64,000 nt of DNA from Polyangia bacterium (GTDB lineage: Bacteria; Myxococcota_A; Polyangia; Palsa-1104), in assembly GCA_035607415.1 (NCBI GenBank), contig DATNAQ010000031.1, positions 85,357-149,356 on the forward strand. The letters run 5' to 3'. The notes below the pieces were generated by a model. That model did not search any database, was not told the DNA's origin, and saw only the letters and a program-made list of their open reading frames with translations. Shown here in pieces: positions 20,165 to 31,927 of this stretch. The stretch's first letter is position 1. Each line of letters opens with the position of its first letter. Made by a program: the position numbers and the translations under genes.

Positions 20165-21318
20165 CGGCTGTGGTGCCCTTCCAGGACCCCGCGCGCGATC
20201 AGCATCCGCTGAATCTCGCTGGTGCCCTCCACGATTCTCATCATGCGCGCTTCGCGGTAGATCCCCTCCACGACGCAATCCCGCATGAATCCCATCCCAC
20301 CGTGGATCTGCACCGCTCGATCGGCAGCCCTACCCAACGCCTCCGATGCATACAATTTAAGCATGGCGGCGTCGTGCGTCACCGATTCTCCGGCGTCCCG
20401 CCGACTCGCCGCCGTATAGAGAGCGGGTCGTAACATTGCGATATCCGTAGCTGTATCGGCCAGCATATGCTGGACGGCCTGCTGTTCCGCAATCGGCTTG
20501 CCGAATTGAACGCGATTCTTGGCGTGCTCGACGGAGACGTCGAGCAGCTCGGTCATCGTGCCAAGGCAGCGCGCCGCCAGCGACAGACGGCCGAGATCGA
20601 GGGTGCGCATGGCGGTCGAGAAGCCCTGCCCGACCTCGCCGACGACCTGGTCCGCCGGGACCGCGCAGTCTTCGAAGACGAGCTCCGCCTGTTTGACCAC
20701 GTCGGAGCCCATCGAGTCCTGGAGGCGCGCGACGCGGAAGCCAAGTGTACCCTTCTCGACCATGAACGCGGAAATGCCGCCGCGGGCGCGCGACTTGGCG
20801 CTCGGATCGGTCACAGCGAACACAGTGACGAGATTGGCAATGTCGCCACGCGAGATGTAGTGCTTGGTGCCGTTGAGGATGAAGCGATCGCCGTCGCGGA
20901 CGGCGCGCGTCTCGATCGCCTGGGCGTCAGAGCCGGCATTCGGCTCGGTGAGGGCGAACGCAGCGATCCACTCGCCTGACGCGAGCCGCGGCAGCCAGCG
21001 CTCCTTCTGCGCCTCGCTCCCGGAGAGCACCAGCGCCATCACGCCGATCCCGTTGTTGCCCGAGATGAGCATGTTGAACGCGGCGTGGGCGCGACCCAGC
21101 TCCTCCTGGACGACGAGGTGCGCCAACGTCGACAGGCCGAGGCCGCCGTAGCGCTCGGGGATGGTCAGCCCGAAGTACCCGAGGTCGCGTAGCTTGGCGA
21201 CGAGCTCGTCGGGAATTCGGCGCTCGCGCTCGATCTCGAGCGTGCGCGGACGCAGATCGCGGTCGACGAGGCGCCGCGTCTGGTCGCGTAGAAGCTCGAC
21301 CTCCGAAGGCAGCTGCAC
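20161..21318 (-). CDS. Acyl-CoA dehydrogenase
   Basis: 385 aa from GVG-independent GTG at 21318 (VQLPSEVELLRDQ...). It has FALTEPNAGSD, the FAD/substrate regions, and the C-terminal catalytic region YREARMMRIVEGTSEIQ. Confidence 0.9.
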   Translation of the reverse strand: MQLPSEVELLRDQTRRLVDRDLRPRTLEIERERRIPDELVAKLRDLGYFGLTIPERYGGLGLSTLAHLVVQEELGRAHAAFNMLISGNNGIGVMALVLSGSEAQKERWLPRLASGEWIAAFALTEPNAGSDAQAIETRAVRDGDRFILNGTKHYISRGDIANLVTVFAVTDPSAKSRARGGISAFMVEKGTLGFRVARLQDSMGSDVVKQAELVFEDCAVPADQVVGEVGQGFSTAMRTLDLGRLSLAARCLGTMTELLDVSVEHAKNRVQFGKPIAEQQAVQHMLADTATDIAMLRPALYTAASRRDAGESVTHDAAMLKLYASEALGRAADRAVQIHGGMGFMRDCVVEGIYREARMMRIVEGTSEIQRMLIARGVLEGHHSR

Positions 21319-21387
21319 GATTCCAGAATAGCCGTAACGCTTGGCAGTGAGCAAATCGGCTCCTGCCCGTGATACGCTGCTACAGCC

Positions 21388-23688
21388 ATGGACCCGGTGA
21401 AGCGCACCTTCTACCTCGGGCGCTACAACTGCATCGAGCAGTTGGGGACCGGGCCGATCGGCGAGACCTATCGCGCAAAGATCTATGGCGTCGCGGGGTT
21501 CGAGAAGCAGTTCGCGGTCAAGCGGCTGTATCCGAACCTCGGCGAGGACGAGGCGTTCGTCGCGCGGTTCGTCCAGGCGGCGTCGGCATTCGCGGCGCTC
21601 GAGCATCCCGGAATCGCGCGCGTGCACGAAGTAAACGCCCAGGGCGCCCACTATTACATCGTGGTCGACCTGGTGCGCGGGCTCGACCTGCGGCGGCTGC
21701 TCGATCTATTGCAGCAGCGTGGCGAGGCGCTGGCGGCGGATGCGGCGATGACCATCGCGGTGGATGTCGCCCTGGCGCTCGAGTATGCGCACTCGCGCAC
21801 CAACCTCCTGCCGAACGGCGTGTTGCACCTCGGTTTGACCGCGCCGTCGGTGATGGTGACGTACGAGGGTGACATCAAGCTCGTCGACGTCGGTCTCTTG
21901 GCCGCGTTGATCCGGCCGGGCTGGAGCGACGACGAGAACCTGACGCCAACGCTGGCCTATCTCGCGCCCGAGGAGTGGCGCGGCGAGGGCATCGACGGGC
22001 GCGCCGACGTGTTTTCGCTCGGTGTGATCCTGCACGAGCTCCTCGGTGGCGGGCGCGTGTTCATGAGCGACCGGGCGTCCGAGCTGCGCAAGGCGATCGA
22101 AAGCGGTCCGCCGGCGCCCCCGCCGGCCGATCCGCGGTTGCAACAGATCGTGACGCGCGCGCTCGAGCCCGAGGCGGCGCGGCGATTCGAGAGCGTCGCG
22201 GCGATGCGGGCGGCGATTCAGGGGATCCTCGGCGGACGCATCGACCGGGCGCGGGCCGATCTTTCGGCAGTGGTGCGACGGCTGGCGGCGCCGCGTGAGC
22301 GTCGGACCGGCGCGTTCGCGGCGGTGACGCTGCCGCCGGCGGTGGTGGGCATGACGTCGCCGGTGAGCGCGGCGAAGCCGCCGCCGATTCCGCCGTTGGC
22401 GCCGCACAAGTGGGCGCCGCCGACGCCGCGACCGCCGGTCGGGGCGACGCTGTCGTCGGCGCCGGTGCACAACACGCTGGCGGGGATCGGGTCGGACGAC
22501 CAGGCGCTGGTGCCGATCGAGCTGGTGGAGCTGCCGGGGTTGCCGACGGAAAAAGGGATGCCGACGGTGGCCGGCGACGAGGCGGAGACCAACCGCGTCG
22601 TGCGCGCCAACCCGGATGAGGTGACGCCGCTTCCGGTGAGGTTCACCAATGCGGCGGTGGGCTCGGGCGAAGCGCCAGAGCCCGAACGCGAGCTGCAGCC
22701 GGAGTCGGAAGCAGCGAGCGTCGTCGCGACGAGTGACAAGCCGGGGACGAACGGCGGGCCACCGACGGAGGCGTCGTGGCTGCCGCCGCCGCTGACGCCG
22801 CCGCCGCCGTCGCCGGAGCCGTTGTTCGCGGAGCCGGCAGTCGAGCGGCCGGTGCCGATCGAGCCGGCGAAGTCGACGGTTCCAGGGGTGAAGCTGCCAC
22901 CGAAGCGCAGCGGCGGCGCGGCGCTCGTGCTGGTCGGGGTCGGGCTGCTGGCGGCGGTCGGTGGGATGGCGATTTACGCTGGGCTGAACACGGGAAACCC
23001 GACGCCGGCGCTGGCTGGAACGAACGAGGGAGCGGGCGCAAAGCAGGCAGTGGTGGCGCCGGCAGTCGTGGATGCGGCGCATGTCGAGGAGCGGGCGGAG
23101 GCACCGGCCGATCTCGCGCAGGCCGTGGCGCGCAAGGTGGAGCCGACGCCGACACCGCCGACGACGCCGACCGTGGCGCCGACGACGACGCCGACTGCGA
23201 CACCGCCGACGACGCCGACCGTGGCGCCGACGACGACGCCGAGCGGAACGGGGTTTACGGTGACGACGACGCCGGCGGGGGCCACGCTGTTCGTCGATGG
23301 GGAGCTGAAGGGGACGACGCCGACGGAAGTGGCGGTGGGCGCCGGGAAGCATGCGTTCGTCGTGCTCGCCGAGGGGCAAAAGATGCTGAAGCGCGAGGTC
23401 GACGTGACCCCGGGCGGCAAGATCGAGCTGGCGCTCGAGCCGGCCAGGTTGACGGCGCCGGTCGCCGGCAAAGACGGGCTCAAGGTACGCTGCAAGTCAC
23501 AGGGCGAGATCCGCATCTTCGTCGACGGTGAGGATAGCGGACGCACCTGCCCGAACGACGAGCGCATCAGCGTTGCGCCCGGCCCGCACAAGATCGGGCT
23601 CTACTCGGCGCGCACCGGCGAGATGCACGAGCTCGATCGCGAAGTTGCGGAAGGCAACAATTCGACCCGCGTATACGTCACGTACTGA
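21388..23688 (+). CDS. Hanks-type pseudokinase with TM segment and extracytoplasmic PEGA-type domains
   Basis: The kinase fold is present (LGTGPIGETY, FAVKRL, LAPEE) but the catalytic loop reads HLGLTAPSV instead of HRDLKPxN. A TM helix (ALVLVGVGLLAAVGGMAIYAGL), a Thr/Pro repeat linker and a PEGA-like segment (TTTPAGATLFVDGELKGTTP) follow. Confidence 0.85.
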   Translation: MDPVKRTFYLGRYNCIEQLGTGPIGETYRAKIYGVAGFEKQFAVKRLYPNLGEDEAFVARFVQAASAFAALEHPGIARVHEVNAQGAHYYIVVDLVRGLDLRRLLDLLQQRGEALAADAAMTIAVDVALALEYAHSRTNLLPNGVLHLGLTAPSVMVTYEGDIKLVDVGLLAALIRPGWSDDENLTPTLAYLAPEEWRGEGIDGRADVFSLGVILHELLGGGRVFMSDRASELRKAIESGPPAPPPADPRLQQIVTRALEPEAARRFESVAAMRAAIQGILGGRIDRARADLSAVVRRLAAPRERRTGAFAAVTLPPAVVGMTSPVSAAKPPPIPPLAPHKWAPPTPRPPVGATLSSAPVHNTLAGIGSDDQALVPIELVELPGLPTEKGMPTVAGDEAETNRVVRANPDEVTPLPVRFTNAAVGSGEAPEPERELQPESEAASVVATSDKPGTNGGPPTEASWLPPPLTPPPPSPEPLFAEPAVERPVPIEPAKSTVPGVKLPPKRSGGAALVLVGVGLLAAVGGMAIYAGLNTGNPTPALAGTNEGAGAKQAVVAPAVVDAAHVEERAEAPADLAQAVARKVEPTPTPPTTPTVAPTTTPTATPPTTPTVAPTTTPSGTGFTVTTTPAGATLFVDGELKGTTPTEVAVGAGKHAFVVLAEGQKMLKREVDVTPGGKIELALEPARLTAPVAGKDGLKVRCKSQGEIRIFVDGEDSGRTCPNDERISVAPGPHKIGLYSARTGEMHELDREVAEGNNSTRVYVTY
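23151..23242 (+). repeat. Tandem coding repeat, 48-bp period (two identical 44-bp cores)
   Basis: GACACCGCCGACGACGCCGACCGTGGCGCCGACGACGACGCCGA occurs at 23151..23194 and again at 23199..23242. It encodes the TPPTTPTVAPTTTP linker of the pseudokinase. Confidence 0.9.
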
Positions 23689-23701
23689 CCAAGGAGAGCG
23701 A

Positions 23702-24166
23702 ATGCGTACAGTGCTCGCCGCGATCGGCGTCATGGTCGTGCTCGGAGGCGCGGTTCAGGCCGCCGAGGACGCGCCGAAACAAGAGACGCAGAAGCAGAAG
23801 GACATTCGCAAGCTCCTGACCATCACCGGCTCGGGCGAGCTCGGGCAGCAGGTGATGGGACAGATGATGGCGAACTTCAAGAAGTCGATGCCGCAGGTGC
23901 CGGAGAAGTTCTGGAGCGACTTCATGAAGGAGGTCCACACCAGCGAGCTTGTCGACCTCATCGTGCCGGTCTACGACCGCAACCTCACGCACGACGACGT
24001 CAAGGAGCTGATCCGCTTCTACGAGACACCGACGGGCAGGAAGTTCGTGACGGTGTTGCCGAAGATCACACAGGAGTCGATGGCGGTCGGCGAGAAGTGG
24101 GGACGCGATCTCGCCATGCGCGTGATGGTGAAGCTGCAACAGCAGCAGGGAGCGGGCGCGAAGTAA
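23702..24166 (+). CDS. Periplasmic DUF2059-family protein
   Basis: AAGGAG sits 7 nt before ATG 23702. Signal peptide MRTVLAAIGVMVVLGGAVQA. The motif L..Y...fT.dElkeli.FYeTP.G.K (NLTHDDVKELIRFYETPTGRKF) is typical of DUF2059. Confidence 0.7.
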   Translation: MRTVLAAIGVMVVLGGAVQAAEDAPKQETQKQKDIRKLLTITGSGELGQQVMGQMMANFKKSMPQVPEKFWSDFMKEVHTSELVDLIVPVYDRNLTHDDVKELIRFYETPTGRKFVTVLPKITQESMAVGEKWGRDLAMRVMVKLQQQQGAGAK

Positions 24167-24215
24167 CCGGCGGCGCGCTGTTCGTCGACCGCGCGCTCAG
24201 TCTTCGGTGGCGCGC

Positions 24216-25580
<1,365 letters not shown>

Positions 25581-25636
25581 CGAAAGGGGTCGGGCGATAA
25601 TACCGTCCTACCTGTCGAGGGTCAAACCAGAGTTGG

Positions 25637-27565
<1,929 letters not shown>

Positions 27566-27607
27566 GTCCCACTGAGCATAGCATGGGGGCGGCGGTATAA
27601 TGGGCCC

Positions 27608-28066
27608 GTGCCACCCCGGACCACGACCGACGCGCTCATCCGGATGCGCCAGGCGGAGGTCGAGGACGCGATGCGCGCGCTGCAACGTGCCCGCGATGCG
27701 GCGGATCAGGCGCGCGCCGTACACGACCGGACGGTCGCCAAGCAGGCGGCGATCGAGGAGCGGATGGCGCGGCTGCAGGAGACGCCGGCGCGCACCGCGG
27801 GGCAGCTCGGGCGGCGCGAACACTTTCGGGCCGAGCTGCAGGCGCTCCTCGACGGCGCGGCCGAGCGGGTCGCGGCGAGCGAGCGGGCGTTGCGCGAGTC
27901 GACCGAGCGGATCGCGTCGGCGCAGGGGCTGGTCGAGCGGGCGCTGCGCGCGCGCGAGGGGGCCGAGGCGCAGCGCGACGCCGACGACAAGGCCGATGCG
28001 CGACGGCGGGAGCGGCGCGATCAGGCGGCGAGCGACGATCGCTGGCGACCGCCCAAGCGCGGCTGA
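27608..28066 (+). CDS. Coiled-coil protein, FliJ/YscO-like in pattern
   Basis: This is the last 152 codons of ORF 25784..28066, starting from GTG 27608. GC3 bias is high and the protein is entirely helical and charged (ALIRMRQAEVEDAMRALQRARDAADQA...RRRERRDQAASDD). The preceding 608 codons of the ORF are antisense shadow of the kinase. Confidence 0.5.
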   Translation: MPPRTTTDALIRMRQAEVEDAMRALQRARDAADQARAVHDRTVAKQAAIEERMARLQETPARTAGQLGRREHFRAELQALLDGAAERVAASERALRESTERIASAQGLVERALRAREGAEAQRDADDKADARRRERRDQAASDDRWRPPKRG

Positions 28067-28149
28067 GGTCGACCGGACGCACCGCCGATCGCGCCGGCGT
28101 CGACGAGCGAAGTTGACGGCGTTCGAAGCGCGGCGGTAATGTCCGCGCC

Positions 28150-29301
28150 ATGCGCACGCTGTCGACGATCGCCGCCGCAGGAACGCTGATGGCCGCCGCC
28201 TTCGGGTGCGGCCCCATGACCGAGCTGGGCCTGGTGAAACCGAAACCGTCCTCGGGCGGTGTCGTGCACACGTTCACGCAGGGCGGTGACGCGGGGCACG
28301 CCAACGTCTTCTGGTTCCCGACGGAGGCAGGCCCGATCGTCGTCGACGTGCCGCTCACCTCGAGCGACGCGAAGAAGATGCGCAAGGAGATGATCCGGCC
28401 CTATCGCATCTACATCACCGAAGCGGATCCGGTGCGCTTCGGTGGCCTGGCGGTGATGAAGAACCCCGACGTGCCTGCGTACACGACGCCGGCGATCGCC
28501 ACCGAGATCCAGACGCACGGCGACGGCCGCCTCGCCGTCTATCGCAAGCGCGTCGGCGACGACGTGCCGAGCCACGTCGACGCGCCGACGCCGGCCGTCG
28601 AGGAGCGCAGCCACGACATGGTCGGCGAGGTCGAGGTCGAGCTGTTGCCGCTCGGACCGGCGGCCTCGGATGCGTCGATGGCGGTGTTCCTGCCGAAGAC
28701 CGGCGAGCTCATCGCCGGAGATGTCGTCGAGAACAAGGATCACCTCGATCTGACGTGGGGACGCAGCGTGGTCTGGCAGGATCGCATCGCCGAGCTGAAG
28801 GCGCTCGAGCCGAAGCTGATCTATCCCGGGCACGGCTCGGCGGGCGGGCCGGAGATCCTGGACGATACGCTCGCGTATCTGAAGACGTTCCACGACGTCG
28901 TGGCGTCGAAGGTCAAGCAGGGCGCACCGGCGAAGATCTCGCGCGCCGACGCCAACGACATCAAGCGGCAGATGCTGGCGAAGTATCCCAAGTACGGGCG
29001 CACGGATCTGCTCGATCGCTCGATTCCGGCCGAGTACGCCGTGCAGCTCGCGGCGCTGGCGCCGGCGCCGCCGACGGAAGGCACGACGCCGGCCGGTACG
29101 CCGGGTGCGCCGACGACGCCGAATCCGGCGGGCGCTTCATCGGCCACGACGCCGCCGGCCTCGGCGACCTCCTCGGCGCCGTCGAGCTCGACGTCGGCCG
29201 CCGCGCCGGCCGCGGGCGGTGCCTCGGCGGGCATGGACGATTTGTTGGGCTCGGACACCGGAAGCTCGTCCAAGACCAAGAAGAAGAAGGGGAAGAAGTA
29301 G
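28150..29301 (+). CDS. Lipoprotein with metallo-beta-lactamase-like fold lacking the HxHxDH motif, plus a low-complexity Lys-rich tail
   Basis: Lipobox AAFGC. The MBL-like layout is visible, but the motif position reads YITEADPVRFGG (28417..28437) where THxHxDHxGG is expected. A late IYPGHG is retained. The C-terminus is an Ala/Ser/Thr/Pro-rich stretch ending KTKKKKGKK. Confidence 0.55.
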   Translation: MRTLSTIAAAGTLMAAAFGCGPMTELGLVKPKPSSGGVVHTFTQGGDAGHANVFWFPTEAGPIVVDVPLTSSDAKKMRKEMIRPYRIYITEADPVRFGGLAVMKNPDVPAYTTPAIATEIQTHGDGRLAVYRKRVGDDVPSHVDAPTPAVEERSHDMVGEVEVELLPLGPAASDASMAVFLPKTGELIAGDVVENKDHLDLTWGRSVVWQDRIAELKALEPKLIYPGHGSAGGPEILDDTLAYLKTFHDVVASKVKQGAPAKISRADANDIKRQMLAKYPKYGRTDLLDRSIPAEYAVQLAALAPAPPTEGTTPAGTPGAPTTPNPAGASSATTPPASATSSAPSSSTSAAAPAAGGASAGMDDLLGSDTGSSSKTKKKKGKK

Positions 29302-29347
29302 CGCCGGCGTACGCGATCGCGGTACGCTTTTCTCTCGGAGGTGCGCC

Positions 29348-29824
29348 ATTCCTGGCGACGGTCCACGTCGAGACATCAGCTGGCAAGAGTTCGGCGAGCT
29401 GTGCAAGCAGCTGGCGACGGCGGTGTACAACCGCGGGCCGGTCGATGCAGTCGTCGGCATCGCGCGCGGTGGATCGATCGTCGGCGCCACGTTGAGCTTC
29501 ATGCTCAACAAGGAGTACTTCCCGATTCGGCTCGCGAAGCGCGGCGGCGTGACGCGCGTGATCGTGCCACCGACACGGGATCTGGCCGATCGCACGGTCG
29601 CCCTCGTCGATGATCTGTCGCGCACCGGCGACACGTTCCGCATCGCGCTGCACGAGCTCAAGCGCGTGGGCGCCAAGGAAGTGTTCACGGTGGCGCTGGT
29701 GCGACGCGAGCCGGGCTTCCGTCCCGATCTGGCCGCGACCACGGCGTCGGCGGTCGACAAGGTCGCCTTTCCGTGGGGACGCGAAGAATTGGTGAACGGC
29801 AGGTTCGAGCTCCGCAAGCTCTAG
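29348..29824 (+). CDS. Phosphoribosyltransferase-domain protein (type I PRTase)
   Basis: PRPP-binding loop VALVDDLSRTGDT and an N-terminal ISWQEFGELCKQLA typical of small PRTases. There is no ATG/GTG/TTG between the upstream stop (29301) and this conserved N-terminus. GGAGG (29337..29341) lies 6 nt upstream of ATT 29348, so an ATT start is proposed; the start is uncertain. Confidence 0.6.
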   Translation: MPGDGPRRDISWQEFGELCKQLATAVYNRGPVDAVVGIARGGSIVGATLSFMLNKEYFPIRLAKRGGVTRVIVPPTRDLADRTVALVDDLSRTGDTFRIALHELKRVGAKEVFTVALVRREPGFRPDLAATTASAVDKVAFPWGREELVNGRFELRKL

Positions 29825-29937
29825 AACGCGACTCGAGAACGCGAGCAGTACGAGCTAACCCCGCGACGCGCTGCAGCAATTTCGCAAGTAGCCGGACCTC
29901 TTGAATTTTTCGGGTAATCACGTTACAGCACGGTAGC

Positions 29938-30318
29938 GTGCTGTTCGATCTGGCCAGCATCTTCTTCTTCGTGGTGGTCGGGCTGAGCGTACCGCTCGCG
30001 ATGCTCACGCTCGGCTGGCTGGTGCGCCCGCACACGCCGAATCCCGAGAAGCTGGCGACCTACGAGTGCGGAGAGCTGCCGGTGCAGGCAGCGTGGTTCA
30101 ACTTCAATCCGCGCTTCTACATCGTGGCGCTGGTGTTCCTGGTGTTCGACGTGGAGGTCGCGTTCACCTATCCGGTCGCGGTGGTGTTTCGCCGCTGGGT
30201 GGCGCGCGGCGCGGGCGGCTTCGCGTTCGCGGAGCTCGGCGTGTTCGTGGCGATCCTCGCGCTCGCGCTCGCGTACGTGTGGCGGCGGGGTGACCTGCGC
30301 TGGATCCGCGACCGATGA
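29938..30318 (+). CDS. nuoA: NADH-quinone oxidoreductase subunit A
   Basis: 126 aa, three TM segments. It contains the conserved YECGE.P and FDVE(V)AF motifs. Confidence 0.9.
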   Translation: MLFDLASIFFFVVVGLSVPLAMLTLGWLVRPHTPNPEKLATYECGELPVQAAWFNFNPRFYIVALVFLVFDVEVAFTYPVAVVFRRWVARGAGGFAFAELGVFVAILALALAYVWRRGDLRWIRDR

Positions 30319-30791
30319 CCGCGGCGGCCGACGAGGTGGTGCGTGTGCGCGCCGACGAGTGGCGCGCCACGGCCGAGCGGCTGCGCGCCGAGGGGTTCGA
30401 CTTTCTGCAGAACCTGACGGCGGTCGACTGGATCAAGGACGAGCGGATCGAGCTCGTCTATCACTTGTGGTCGTACGCGCGGCGCGCCGGCTGCGTGGTG
30501 AAGATCGACGTGCCGCGCGCGCAGCCGGAGGCGCCGTCGGTGGCGAGCGTGTGGCGCGCGGCCGATTGGTACGAGCGCGAGCAGTTCGACCTCCTCGGCG
30601 TGGTGTTCGCGGGGCATCCGGATCTGCGGCGCATTCTCATGCCCGACGACTGGCCGGGGCATCCGATGCGCAAGGACTACGTCGAGGCGACGTCGTATCG
30701 CGGGATGCCGACGACACGCGCGAACACGCTCGAGCTCTTGCCCATCTGGGACAAGTCGCGCGGCGAGACGAAGCCGGACGGAGCGAAGTGA
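30315..30791 (+). CDS. nuoC: NADH-quinone oxidoreductase subunit C (30 kDa subunit)
   Basis: The ATG overlaps the nuoA stop (ATGA). Motifs: [46 protein letters not shown]. Confidence 0.9.
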   Translation: MTAAADEVVRVRADEWRATAERLRAEGFDFLQNLTAVDWIKDERIELVYHLWSYARRAGCVVKIDVPRAQPEAPSVASVWRAADWYEREQFDLLGVVFAGHPDLRRILMPDDWPGHPMRKDYVEATSYRGMPTTRANTLELLPIWDKSRGETKPDGAK

Positions 30792-31927
30792 TGGGCGAGC
30801 TCATCCTCGCGAACGAGACGACGGGCGAAGAGATGGTCCTCAACATGGGGCCGCAGCATCCGTCGACACACGGGGTGATCCGCTTCGTCATCAGGACCGA
30901 CGGCGAGATCATGCGCGAGGCGGTGCCGGACGTCGGCTATCTGCACCGCGCGATCGAGCACATCGCCGAGAAGTGCACCTACGAAGGGTTCATGCCGTAC
31001 ACCGATCGCGTCGACTACGTCTGCGCGATGCCGGCGAACCACGCGTGGGCGCTCGCCGTCGAGAAGCTGGCGGGGCTCGAGGTGCCGGAGCGCGCCGAGT
31101 ACCTGCGCGTGATCACCGACGAGCTCAATCGGATCTCGTCGCATTGCGTCGCGCTCGGGGCGATGGCGATGGACATCGGGGCGATCACGCCGTTCACGTA
31201 CATCTTGCGCGAGCGCGAGTACGTCAACGAGCTGCTGGAGATGATCTGCGGCGCGCGGCTCACCTACAACTATCACCGCATCGGCGGCGTCGGCTGGGAC
31301 ATGCCGGCGGGGTGGCGCGACAAGGTGCTGGCGTGGTGCGACCACTTCGCGCCGGTGATGGACGAGTTCGATCGGCTGATCACGAACAATGCGCTGTTCG
31401 TGGCGCGGTTGGCGAACCTGGCGGTGATCGGCGCGGCGGAGGCGATCGACTTCGGGCTGGTGGGGCCGAACCTGCGCGCGTCGGGGGTGGACTTCGACGT
31501 GCGGCGCGACGTGCCCTATTCGATCTATCCCAAGCTGCGGTTCGAGGTGCCGGTCGGGCGCGGGATCGTCGGCACCGTCGGAGATGCGTGGGATCGCTAC
31601 TGGGTGCGCGCGCAGGAGTGGCGGCAGTCGGTGGCGATGGTGCGGCAGTGCCTGGAGCAGATCGACGCGACCGAGCCGGAGTTCTGGCGCGCGCCGAAGA
31701 AGCTCAAGCCCGTCGGTGACGCGATGGCGCGCGTGGAGGCGGCGCGCGGCGACATGAGCTGCTACGTGGTCGGCGACGGAGGGGCGAACGCGTATCGCGC
31801 GCGGTTTCGCACCGGCAGCTTCAACGCGATGGCGATCATTCGCGAAAAATCGCGCGGGCTGATGGTGGCGGATCTGGTGGCGCTGATCGCGTCGCTCGAC
31901 GTGGTGGCGCCGGAGATCGATCGATGA
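30791..31927 (+). CDS. nuoD: NADH-quinone oxidoreductase subunit D (49 kDa subunit)
   Basis: ATG at 30791 overlaps the nuoC stop by 1 nt. Motifs: [32 protein letters not shown], and the C-terminal [18 protein letters not shown]. Confidence 0.9.
   Translation: MGELILANETTGEEMVLNMGPQHPSTHGVIRFVIRTDGEIMREAVPDVGYLHRAIEHIAEKCTYEGFMPYTDRVDYVCAMPANHAWALAVEKLAGLEVPERAEYLRVITDELNRISSHCVALGAMAMDIGAITPFTYILREREYVNELLEMICGARLTYNYHRIGGVGWDMPAGWRDKVLAWCDHFAPVMDEFDRLITNNALFVARLANLAVIGAAEAIDFGLVGPNLRASGVDFDVRRDVPYSIYPKLRFEVPVGRGIVGTVGDAWDRYWVRAQEWRQSVAMVRQCLEQIDATEPEFWRAPKKLKPVGDAMARVEAARGDMSCYVVGDGGANAYRARFRTGSFNAMAIIREKSRGLMVADLVALIASLDVVAPEIDR

Noticed and set aside
21343-21368. Sigma-54 promoter-like elements (TTGGCAG on the plus strand; GGCAGG...TTTGCT on the minus strand) between the ACAD and pseudokinase genes
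   Set aside because: The GG-to-GC spacing is one nucleotide off the strict -24/-12 geometry on the minus strand. The plus-strand element lacks the TTGC box.
27600-28139. 179-aa ORF in an alternative frame over the coiled-coil gene
   Set aside because: The translation is Arg/Ser/Pro-rich nonsense (MGPCHPGPRPTRSSGCARRRSR...). The overlapping frame starting at GTG 27608 has better codon bias and a coherent heptad-like sequence.
29341-29613. GTG-initiated 90-aa ORF overlapping the PRTase gene
   Set aside because: The product is Arg-rich with no domain, and the GTG abuts the GGAG with no spacer. The other frame encodes a clear PRPP-binding protein.
29901-29929. TTGAAT-17 nt-TACAGC promoter-like element upstream of nuoA
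   Set aside because: The -10 hexamer is weak. It would place the transcription start only ~2 nt before the GTG start, giving a leaderless GTG, which is implausible. It is kept only as a possibility.
30066-30662. Search for a hidden nuoB in alternative frames between nuoA and nuoD
   Set aside because: The alternative-frame ORFs here (75, 90 and 164 aa) are Arg/Ala-rich and lack any NuoB Cys motifs. The nuoA/nuoC ATGA overlap leaves no intergenic space.
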